Below, piece after piece: positions 16,533-24,226 of a DNA stretch of 32,000 nt. The translations under genes were made by a program, and so were the position numbers. The notes beneath the pieces were generated by a model. It was not told where the DNA came from. It did no database searches and saw only the letters and a program-made list of their open reading frames with translations. The DNA is taken from contig JBDRCC010000001.1 in the NCBI GenBank assembly GCA_043822065.1, positions 12,215-44,214 of the forward strand, written 5' to 3'. The DNA is from an archaeon. GTDB lineage: Archaea; Undinarchaeota; CAZHTU01; JBDRCC01. The first letter of the stretch is position 1, and each line of letters starts with the position of its first letter.

Positions 16533-17783
16533 TTATGCCGTTGGGTCTGCGACCTTTCCGATGAAAATGATGTTCCCGGTCTCTGTTTCCTGTATGATAA
16601 AGAGGAAGGGGTGGTCCGCGCGGAATATTTTAGGGGGCATGGGAAACCCCGTAAACTTCATTGCGACACCCGTTGCTGCTGCGACCTCGGTTCCCTCTTC
16701 GTTGACATCGATGTAAGCCTGGTGGAGCACTATGCCAATGTAAAGGTTCCGCGTGCCGTCCATCCCAGAAAAGTCTGCCTTGGCTGGCGAGAACGCCGTT
16801 GGCATTCCCATGGAGATTAGGCTGTTTGTCAGGTCGTATTTGGTCTCAAAGGTGAACTTCGGGAGATAAACATCGACATCTTCGGCTTGCAGCTTGGCTC
16901 TCCACTCGCTTAGTTTCTCAAGGGACAGTGAATTTTCTAAGGCGGAAATATCCCCATCTTTTGGCAGGAGAACCAGCATGGAGAGCTGCTCTCCCACGTA
17001 GGGCATTTCAAGTATCTGGAGGTCATCCGTTTCTGTATATTTAAAGTTGGCTTCTTCCCCCGTCAGCTTCATCATTGGAACCTTGACAGTTTTGTAAGGG
17101 CTGACGCGGAAGTCTTCGTCCCTGGTGTCCGCCTTGTCAAACTGCTTGAGCCAGTCGCCCTTGAAGTAAACCGCATTTGTAAGCACGAAGCTTGTGTCTG
17201 GGGTTATTGTGCCCTCTGGAAACAGGTCTTTTATTTTGTTGTTAGTCTGACCTTCGACCCATGTGTTGATTGTGATGCGCGATTTCTCGGTTTCCCGGAG
17301 AAAGTCAACATTGGTTGCCTTCCCGCCATAGTATGATTCGACTGTGGTGAGGTACCCGTCCAGGAACTTGTAATCCTGCTGGGCCCAGAGGGCATTCGCA
17401 GTGTGGAGCTTGTACGCCTTGCCCTCTGCATTTAGCCGGTTGTAAAGGCTGGCGAAGGATGAGCGGCGGGCGGTGTCGTCTTCTGGAAAGTGGAATACGC
17501 CCAGCATCTCCTCTGCTGTCTCGCCGCGGGCGCCTTCGTATGCCATGGCTAACGCCGTGGAAATGCTCCAGGGGGAAATGAATAGGTTCTCGCCATCGGC
17601 TTTCAGTTCAGAATACGCGGCCAGGGCAAATTGCGTATTTGAGCCTATAAGCCCGCTGACCCCCTCCGGTGTTGCCTGGCTATCGTCTGCTGGTTGAGGG
17701 GAGGCTGGCGGCCTATCGCCGGTGCAGCCCATTGCAAGAACAAGGGCAAGCAGAAGCCATACGGGGAGGATTCCATTCTTCAT
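16533..17783 (-). CDS. serpin (serine protease inhibitor), predicted lipoprotein
   Basis: 416 aa. Lipobox-like N-terminus LLALVLAMGCTGD. Serpin hinge/RCL EEGTEVAAATGVAMKF and the C-terminal signature FRADHPFLFIIQE..G.IIFIGKV. Confidence 0.9.
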   Translation of the reverse strand: MKNGILPVWLLLALVLAMGCTGDRPPASPQPADDSQATPEGVSGLIGSNTQFALAAYSELKADGENLFISPWSISTALAMAYEGARGETAEEMLGVFHFPEDDTARRSSFASLYNRLNAEGKAYKLHTANALWAQQDYKFLDGYLTTVESYYGGKATNVDFLRETEKSRITINTWVEGQTNNKIKDLFPEGTITPDTSFVLTNAVYFKGDWLKQFDKADTRDEDFRVSPYKTVKVPMMKLTGEEANFKYTETDDLQILEMPYVGEQLSMLVLLPKDGDISALENSLSLEKLSEWRAKLQAEDVDVYLPKFTFETKYDLTNSLISMGMPTAFSPAKADFSGMDGTRNLYIGIVLHQAYIDVNEEGTEVAAATGVAMKFTGFPMPPKIFRADHPFLFIIQETETGNIIFIGKVADPTA

Positions 17784-17923
17784 TGTACCTAGTAGATAAG
17801 CGCGGCGTTATATAATTTTTTTGTTTTGCAGGGCGGCAGGGGAAAAGCTTAGCTAGGGGATGCGGGCTGGTTTCAGAGTTTAGAAACCAGCATATTTATT
17901 AATGACTCTGAGTATCCTAAATT

Positions 17924-18595
17924 ATGATAAAGCTAAAGGACTGGATAACCCTTGCAAACCTTGCGTTTGGGTTTGCCGCGATAATATTTATTCTAGAGGG
18001 GGACTACCAGACGGGCACCAGGTTCATACTCCTCGCCGCGCTTGCGGACGGAAGCGACGGATTCATCTCAAGGAAGTTCTCAAAGCCTGACGACTACGGG
18101 CGTGAGCTTGACTCGCTATGCGACTTAGTCTCATTCGGCGTCGCGCCGGCTCTTTTGATATACAAGTCGATTGTGGGCGGGTTCCTCGGGATATTCGTCG
18201 GGCTCGCGCTCCTTTCAGCAGCAGCCCTGCGGCTTGCGAGGTTCAACCTGGTTTCAGGAGGGGACCGCTCGCTTTTCATCGGTCTCCCGGTTCCGGCATC
18301 CGCGATACTTGTCGTGACCTACTTCAATACTCACATAGTGCTTGAGAGGTACCTCATAACCGCGTTCCTGCTTTTCCTTGCCCTGCTTAACATAAGCGAG
18401 TTCAGGTACCCAAGCCAGAAGAGGGGCCTGAAGAAGCGGCAGGTTCTTGCGCTGGTCATAATTATCGGGTTCTTCCTGTACTATGTAAAGGAGGGGCTCA
18501 TGTGGAACTTCCTGTTTGTGTCTGGCGTGATATACCTGATGGCGCCGCTGTATTACGGCATAAGAAAGTATATTCCGCCTAGGCTCCAGCTATAA
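17924..18595 (+). CDS. pssA: CDP-alcohol phosphatidyltransferase, archaetidylserine synthase type
   Basis: DGFISR-x8-G-x3-D-x3-D (DGSDGFISRKFSKPDDYGRELDSLCD) plus multiple TM segments. Adjacent to psd. Confidence 0.8.
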   Translation: MIKLKDWITLANLAFGFAAIIFILEGDYQTGTRFILLAALADGSDGFISRKFSKPDDYGRELDSLCDLVSFGVAPALLIYKSIVGGFLGIFVGLALLSAAALRLARFNLVSGGDRSLFIGLPVPASAILVVTYFNTHIVLERYLITAFLLFLALLNISEFRYPSQKRGLKKRQVLALVIIIGFFLYYVKEGLMWNFLFVSGVIYLMAPLYYGIRKYIPPRLQL

Positions 18596-19181
18596 CTGAG
18601 ATTCCTGCCTTCAGCTTGTCCCCTTTGGAAACTTTTGGCTTAAGCCTTGGAGGGAGGGTGACATCGCACCGCGAGCCGAAGCGTATCATGCCGAAGCGCT
18701 GGCCTTGCGAGAGCGTATCGTTTTCTGAAACCCAGGTGACAATCCGCCTTGCAAGGATTCCGGCAAAGCGCTCGATTTTTAGGTTCCCTGATTTTGTTTT
18801 GAGGGTTATTGCCTCCCTCTCGTTTTCTGAGGATTTTTTCGAGAATGCCGGGGCAAATGTACCTCTCTGGTAGGATATCTTGAGGACCTTTCCATCACAG
18901 GGCATGCGGCTTATGTGGACGTTGAACGGCGACAAGAAGACGGATATCCTGTTCTTTGAAACAGAAACGACAGTTCCGTCCGTCGGCGAGAGCAAGCCAG
19001 GGATTTTTTTAATCCTGCGCTCAGGGTCGCGGAAAAAGTAGATTGTAAAACAGAGGAACGCGAAAGAAAGCCAGAATATGTACCTTGAAATGGCTGTTTG
19101 GAATGCGTAATACGCTAAGCCTATGGAGGCAGTTAGCGCAAGGACTGGGATGATGATTACGGAGGAGCCCCTCGCGAGCAT
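18579..19181 (-). CDS. psd: archaetidylserine (phosphatidylserine) decarboxylase proenzyme
   Basis: 200 aa. N-terminal TM segments and a self-cleavage GS motif in GMIRFGSRCDV. The start overlaps the carS stop (TGATG). Confidence 0.85.
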   Translation of the reverse strand: MLARGSSVIIIPVLALTASIGLAYYAFQTAISRYIFWLSFAFLCFTIYFFRDPERRIKKIPGLLSPTDGTVVSVSKNRISVFLSPFNVHISRMPCDGKVLKISYQRGTFAPAFSKKSSENEREAITLKTKSGNLKIERFAGILARRIVTWVSENDTLSQGQRFGMIRFGSRCDVTLPPRLKPKVSKGDKLKAGISVIAGA

Positions 19182-19681
19182 CAGTATGGAACCTCCTTGA
19201 GCTTGGCAAGGTACGCGAGTATGTTGAAGCTCCTGTGGATGAGGGGGGTTACAAGGATTAGGAAAGCGGCCTGCACCGGGTTCACATGTATCCGGATGCT
19301 TACAAAGAGAAGTGCGAATATTATAAACATAATCTGGTCAAGGATACTCGCATTTGCGCCTGACGTGAAGCCGAGCCGCCTTTTGATGAAGCTGCCGAAG
19401 ATATCACCAAATATCGTTCCAGACGCGAGCAGGAAGGCTGAGCCGGCTGTAAGCTGGCTTGCGAGAGGATATGCTGCGAGGAACGGCGCCGATAGGAAGT
19501 ATGCGGCAGTGCCGCAGAGTATTCCAAGGACTGTGCCGCGGATGGTCTTTCCCTTTCCAAGTATAGGCCTGCCGTCGCGGAATTTTTTCCCGAAGTCGAG
19601 CGGCCTGCCTCCGCCAAAAAGGACGGGGGAGGCGTTAGCAACGTAGGCAGGGATGATAAACAGGAATGCGTCAACGAGCAT
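19181..19681 (-). CDS. carS: CDP-archaeol synthase
   Basis: MLVDAFLFIIPAYVANASPVLFGGGRPLDFGK...GKGKTIRGT is typical of the CarS (DUF46) family. I prefer the ATG at 19681 over the TTG at 19696 used by the ORF track. A TTTAAA box lies about 27 nt upstream. Confidence 0.85.
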   Translation of the reverse strand: MLVDAFLFIIPAYVANASPVLFGGGRPLDFGKKFRDGRPILGKGKTIRGTVLGILCGTAAYFLSAPFLAAYPLASQLTAGSAFLLASGTIFGDIFGSFIKRRLGFTSGANASILDQIMFIIFALLFVSIRIHVNPVQAAFLILVTPLIHRSFNILAYLAKLKEVPY

Positions 19682-19751
19682 GGCTTGGCTAAGCAAATTA
19701 TTGATTTAAAGGTTTGGGTAAATATTTAATAAGGCTGGGTTTAGTCGTATT

Positions 19752-20453
19752 ATGCCCCTAAACGACTACAGGAAGCAGGCGGACGTGGTTCTCATGCCGC
19801 TTGCAAGGCGATGGATCGACATAAGCCCCAACAAATTCAGCGCCATGTCGATGTTCTGCGCAGTCCTCGCCGGGCTGTGCTTTTACCTTGGCGGGTGGCT
19901 GCTTGTTGGCGCGGCTGTTTTTGTTTTCCTAAACGCGCTGTTTGACGCCGTTGACGGGAAGATAGCAAGGCTGACAAAGAACACGACCCAGAGGGGGGAC
20001 TTTTTGGACCATATAATCGACAGGTATTCTGACATCGTCATCCTGCTTGGGATAATGTACTCTGCCTACGGGCACGTGGGGCTCGGAGTGTTCGCGATAA
20101 TAGGCACCGTAATGACAAGCTACATAGGCACCCAGGCTGAGGCGAGCGGCGGAAAGCGCGAACGGGGAGGCCTGCTAGGGAGGGCGGACCGGATTGTGAT
20201 AGTAATGTTCCTGCCGCTGGTGCAGGGAGCCATGCTGATGTACGGTACGCTGGTGCAGGGATTCATGCTGATGTACGGTACGCTGGTGCCGGGATTCATG
20301 CTGATGTACGGCATTGGGCAATTTTACGGGCTTTACCTGACCGGCTGGGTCCTGCTGCTTCTTGCATTAACAGGAAACTACACTGCGTTCAGGAGGTTCC
20401 AGCTGACCTGGTCGCGGATTGGCGGGAAGAAGTATAGGGGGGAAAAACTGTGA
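19752..20453 (+). CDS. CDP-alcohol phosphatidyltransferase (archaetidylinositol-phosphate / archaetidylglycerol-phosphate synthase-like)
   Basis: DGKIAR-x8-G-x3-D-x3-D (DAVDGKIARLTKNTTQRGDFLDHIIDRYSD), polytopic. Contains an in-frame 33-bp tandem repeat. Confidence 0.8.
   Translation: MPLNDYRKQADVVLMPLARRWIDISPNKFSAMSMFCAVLAGLCFYLGGWLLVGAAVFVFLNALFDAVDGKIARLTKNTTQRGDFLDHIIDRYSDIVILLGIMYSAYGHVGLGVFAIIGTVMTSYIGTQAEASGGKRERGGLLGRADRIVIVMFLPLVQGAMLMYGTLVQGFMLMYGTLVPGFMLMYGIGQFYGLYLTGWVLLLLALTGNYTAFRRFQLTWSRIGGKKYRGEKL
20221..20311 (+). repeat. 33-bp in-frame tandem repeat, 2.75 units, inside the CDP-alcohol phosphatidyltransferase gene
   Basis: Units at 20221-20253, 20254-20286 (31/33 identical to unit 1) and a partial unit 20287-20311 (24/25 to unit 2). 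Encodes VQGAMLMYGTL / VQGFMLMYGTL / VPGFMLMYG. Confidence 0.95.
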
Positions 20454-20881
20454 ACGTTGAAGAGGTAATGACCAAGGACGTCGTCGTCATAACAAAGGGC
20501 GCCAGTGTGAAAGACGCAATAGACTCGATTGTCCAGTTCCACGTCGGCTGCGTGCTTGTCATTGAGAACAGCACCGCAATCGGCATAGTGACCGAGCGGG
20601 ACGTCCTCAAGAAGGTCATCTCGCCAGGGAAGGACCCCAACCTCCTAAAGGTGGAGGACATAATGTCCACGCCACTGGTCACGGTTGAGCCAGACAGCAG
20701 CATAGAAGCGGCAGGGGCACTGATGGTCGAGAACAATATCAAGAAGCTGCCCGTAGTAAGAGATGGGGAGCTGGTAGGCATACTGACTGCGACGGACATC
20801 GTAGCTAACGAGCCGCGACATGTCATTGAGCTTTCCGAGCTGATGCTGAAAAGCGGCGTTGAAGCAGGCGTTGGTGGCTAA
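20450..20881 (+). CDS. CBS domain pair protein
   Basis: 143 aa. Two CBS repeats (VEEVMTKDVVVI..., VEDIMSTPLVTVEPD...KKLPVV). GTG start overlaps the upstream stop (GTGA). Confidence 0.85.
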   Translation: MNVEEVMTKDVVVITKGASVKDAIDSIVQFHVGCVLVIENSTAIGIVTERDVLKKVISPGKDPNLLKVEDIMSTPLVTVEPDSSIEAAGALMVENNIKKLPVVRDGELVGILTATDIVANEPRHVIELSELMLKSGVEAGVGG

Positions 20882-21846
20882 TGGGAACCCTAAAACTGAA
20901 GGCGACAATGCTTTTGACGTTTTTTCTGGTATTTGGCGTCCTATTTGCGTTCCTGTCTATTGTTTCGCTTTACTTCGGCTTTGGCGCATACGGGGCGCTT
21001 TTCATAAGCCTATTTTTTGTCACGGCGCAATGGTATTTCAGCCCCAAGCTGATAAGATGGTCCACCAAGATGCAGCCGCTCCAAAAGGGCGAGAACGCCT
21101 TTCTTGAGAACGCTGTCGAAGACCTTGCCAGGGAGGCTGGAATCCCGGCGCCGCAGATTGCAATAGTCCCGGACCCGACGCCAAACGCGTTTGTCTTCGG
21201 AAGGACTGTGAAGAGCTCCATGCTGGCAGTCCACCAGGGGCTTTTGAACACGCTCAGCAAGGATGAGGTCAAGGCAGTGCTCGCCCACGAGATAGGGCAC
21301 CTGAAGCACAGGGACTGCCAGCTGATGACTGTTGTCTCTGCCATTCCGCTGGTGGCATACATGATGTGGAGGAGCACGTTCTTCACCAGGCGGCGGAGCA
21401 AGGGGGGCGGAGCAATGATTGCGGTGGGGATAGCCTCGCTCCTGGTTTATTTCCTTTCACAGCTTCTTGTCCTTTCCCTGAGCCGGCTTAGGGAGTATTA
21501 TGCCGACGCATATTCGGCGAAGGCGACGGGAAAGCCGTCCGACCTCGGAAGCGCACTTACCAAGATAAGCCTCGGGCTTTCAAGGGCGGAGAAGACCGGG
21601 AACTTGAGGGCTTTTTACATAGGGGACCCGATAACCGCAAGGCGGGAAATATCTGCCGTGGCAAACCGCTCAAGCCAGTATGATGTGAACGGGGACGGAG
21701 TCCTGGACGACGCGGAGCTCCAGCGCGCCCTGAAGGAGGAGTCTGCGAGCAGGGGCGCAAGGCTGCTTGAGCTTTTCTCGACCCATCCAAGGGTATTCAG
21801 GCGCCTGGACGCGCTTAAAAAAATAGAAGGGGAGTTAGCCGCTTAG
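20881..21846 (+). CDS. htpX: M48-family zinc metalloprotease HtpX homolog
   Basis: HEIGHLKHRD zinc motif, N-terminal TM helices. The start overlaps the CBS gene stop (TAATG). Confidence 0.9.
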   Translation: MGTLKLKATMLLTFFLVFGVLFAFLSIVSLYFGFGAYGALFISLFFVTAQWYFSPKLIRWSTKMQPLQKGENAFLENAVEDLAREAGIPAPQIAIVPDPTPNAFVFGRTVKSSMLAVHQGLLNTLSKDEVKAVLAHEIGHLKHRDCQLMTVVSAIPLVAYMMWRSTFFTRRRSKGGGAMIAVGIASLLVYFLSQLLVLSLSRLREYYADAYSAKATGKPSDLGSALTKISLGLSRAEKTGNLRAFYIGDPITARREISAVANRSSQYDVNGDGVLDDAELQRALKEESASRGARLLELFSTHPRVFRRLDALKKIEGELAA

Positions 21847-21863
21847 GCTAACCCGCTATTTTC

Positions 21864-23204
21864 TTATTTCAGGTGTTTCTCAACAAACTCGTCGAGGACC
21901 TGCTCGATTGAGGGGTTGCTTATTGACGTAATGTCATAGGATACCCTGACAATCGGCTTGTTGCACTTCACGAGCTTGGCGAGGTCAATTGGGCTCCCGT
22001 CGACAACGACGTCGCATTTGGCGGCGTTTATTGTTGTCTCCAGGTCCTTGAGCTGCTCCTCATTGTACCCCATTGCCGGGACGATTTCTTTCAGTTGGGG
22101 GAACTCCTCGAAGATTGCCTTCATCGTCCCAACCAAATAGGGCGTTGGGTCGATGATTTGAGCCCCGCCTTCCTTGGCGGCGACATAGCCCGCGCCGAAG
22201 CTCATCCCGCCGTGGGTGAGGGTTGGGCCGTCTTCCACGACGAGAACCTTCTTTCCTTTGATGCTTTGGGGGTCTTCGACGCTCACTGTGGAATTCGTCC
22301 GTATTATCTTCGCTTGCGGGTTTATCCTCTTGATGTTCCTTTCGACGGTTTTCACGTCCTCCGGCTTGGCGTTGTTCATCTTGTTGATGATTACTGCGTC
22401 TGCGACGCGCACGTTCACTTCACCGGGGTGGTACTTGATCTCATGGCCGGGCCTGAGCGGGTCTGCGACCACGAATTCCAGGTCAGGCACGTAGAAAGAA
22501 ACCTCGTTGTTTCCGCCGTCGAACACTATCACGTCAGCCTCTTTTTCTGCCTGGCGGACGATTTTCTCATAGTCGACGCCTGAGTAGATTACAAGGCCCT
22601 GTTCGATGTAGGGCTCGTACTCTTCCCGCTCCTCGATGGTGCAGTGGTTCTTTTCGAGGTCTGCGTATTCTGCAAACCTCATGACTTCCTGCTCGACGAG
22701 GTCTGCATAGGGCATCGGCTCCCGAATTGCTACGACCTTGAACCCTTTGCCCTTGAGGTAGCGGTAAACCGCCCTGGAGACCTGGCTCTTTCCGCAGCCG
22801 GTCCTGACAGCGGTAACCGCGACTACCGGCTTGGTTGACTTAACCATTGTGTTATTCCTGCTGATTAGGCGGTAATTTGCTCCGGCGGCGAGTGCTATTG
22901 AGCCCTTGTGAACGACTTCCTCGTGGGAAACGTCGGAGTATGCTAAAATGACTTCGTCAATTTTGTTTTTCTTGACAAATTCGCTGAGCTTTGCCTCCGG
23001 AATCATCGGGATGCCGTTCGGGTAAAGCTTCCCTGCCAGCGCGGGCGGGTATTTCCGCTCGGCTTCCTCAATCGTTCCGACGTTCTGTTCGCCCGCAACG
23101 GTGAAGGCTTTCACGTCGTAGTCCTCATTGTCCCTGAAAACGGTGTTGAAGGTGTGGAAGTCCATACCCAGTGCACCGATAATAACAACACTAGTCTTTT
23201 TCAA
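21864..23204 (-). CDS. P-loop protein resembling the cyclic 2,3-diphosphoglycerate synthetase / 'predicted GTPase' family
   Basis: 446 aa. Walker-A-like RTGCGKSQVS and conserved-looking N-terminus VVIIGALGMDFHTFN. TTG start at 23204, preceded by a GGGGG SD-like run. Family assignment is from memory only. Confidence 0.45.
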   Translation of the reverse strand: MKKTSVVIIGALGMDFHTFNTVFRDNEDYDVKAFTVAGEQNVGTIEEAERKYPPALAGKLYPNGIPMIPEAKLSEFVKKNKIDEVILAYSDVSHEEVVHKGSIALAAGANYRLISRNNTMVKSTKPVVAVTAVRTGCGKSQVSRAVYRYLKGKGFKVVAIREPMPYADLVEQEVMRFAEYADLEKNHCTIEEREEYEPYIEQGLVIYSGVDYEKIVRQAEKEADVIVFDGGNNEVSFYVPDLEFVVADPLRPGHEIKYHPGEVNVRVADAVIINKMNNAKPEDVKTVERNIKRINPQAKIIRTNSTVSVEDPQSIKGKKVLVVEDGPTLTHGGMSFGAGYVAAKEGGAQIIDPTPYLVGTMKAIFEEFPQLKEIVPAMGYNEEQLKDLETTINAAKCDVVVDGSPIDLAKLVKCNKPIVRVSYDITSISNPSIEQVLDEFVEKHLK

Positions 23205-23254
23205 TTTGAAACCCCCTTACATTTCATAACTAGAATATAGGGATATGGCTGATG

Positions 23255-24187
23255 TTATTTAAACTTTTCCTTGAAAATCTGAGTTCCAGCGCTTCCGGAG
23301 ACTGCAGCCTCGAGGTTGTCTATCGAGGTGATGACCGCACGCTTGCCGCCTGACTCGAGGAATTCTATCGCCGCCTCCACCTTTGGGCCCATGCTCCCTG
23401 GGGGGAAGTGCCCCGCAGCAAGGTATTTTTTCGCCTCTGCGGCGGTCAGGCTGTTCAGCTCGACCTCGGTAGGCTTCCCGTAGTTGAGCGACACCTTGTC
23501 GACGTCGGTCAGGAGAATCATTGCGTCCGCCTTTATCTCCTGCGCAAGCTTTGAGGTCGCAAGGTCCTTGTCAATGACTGCCTCCACCCCGCGAATTTTC
23601 TCGCCGCGCTCAATCATCGGTATCCCTCCGCCGCCGCAGGCAATGACAATTATGCCCATGCGGACGAGCCGCCTTATCTCCTCGCGCTCTAATATCCTCA
23701 GGGGCTTTGGCGAAGGGACGACGCGCCGGTAGCCCTTGCCGTGGATTGGTATCGTCTGGAAGGGAAGCTTTTCGGCCTCCCCTTTGGAGTAGTACGGCCC
23801 TATCGGCTTTGTCGGGTTCTTGAAGGCGGGGTCGTTTTCGTCGACGACGACGCCGGTGACTATCGTGGCAATCAGCTTGTCGACTTTCAGCTTGCGGAAC
23901 TCGTTTTCGAGCGCACGCTCTATGAGATAGCCGAGCAGGCCCTGGCTTTCCGCGACGAGGACTTCAAGCGGCATTTTCGGGACGGCGTGGGCCGCCTCCT
24001 GCTGGAGGAGGAGGTAGCCAATCTGCGGGCCGTTGCCGTGAGTGAGCGCAATGTTGTACTTGGCGGCTAAGTGCGCTATCTGGCGGCATGGCTCCGAGAG
24101 GTTCTTCCTCTGCTCGTCAAACGTGCCCTTCTGTCCGTGCTTTATCAGGGCATTTCCGCCGAGCGCGATAACAATAGTTTCACCCAT
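23255..24187 (-). CDS. arcC: carbamate kinase
   Basis: The N-terminus MGETIVIALGGNAL is typical of carbamate kinase, and the fold is the amino-acid-kinase type throughout. The ORF track's start at 24238 would overlap argF, so I use the ATG at 24187. Confidence 0.9.
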   Translation of the reverse strand: MGETIVIALGGNALIKHGQKGTFDEQRKNLSEPCRQIAHLAAKYNIALTHGNGPQIGYLLLQQEAAHAVPKMPLEVLVAESQGLLGYLIERALENEFRKLKVDKLIATIVTGVVVDENDPAFKNPTKPIGPYYSKGEAEKLPFQTIPIHGKGYRRVVPSPKPLRILEREEIRRLVRMGIIVIACGGGGIPMIERGEKIRGVEAVIDKDLATSKLAQEIKADAMILLTDVDKVSLNYGKPTEVELNSLTAAEAKKYLAAGHFPPGSMGPKVEAAIEFLESGGKRAVITSIDNLEAAVSGSAGTQIFKEKFK

Positions 24188-24226
24188 GGGAAAATATAAA
24201 GCTTCGTTCTTTATTAACCATGCGAA
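24188..24226. promoter_or_regulatory. 39-bp divergent promoter region between arcC and argF with two TATA-like boxes
   Basis: AATATAAA (24193-24200) is about 30 nt upstream of the argF ATG. TTTATTAA (24209-24216, TTAATAAA on the minus strand) is about 25 nt upstream of the arcC ATG. This implies leaderless mRNAs. Confidence 0.55.

Noticed and set aside
20120-20314. 64-aa minus-strand ORF with a repeated PYISMNP sequence
   Set aside because: It is simply the antisense translation of the 33-bp tandem repeat inside the phosphatidyltransferase gene.
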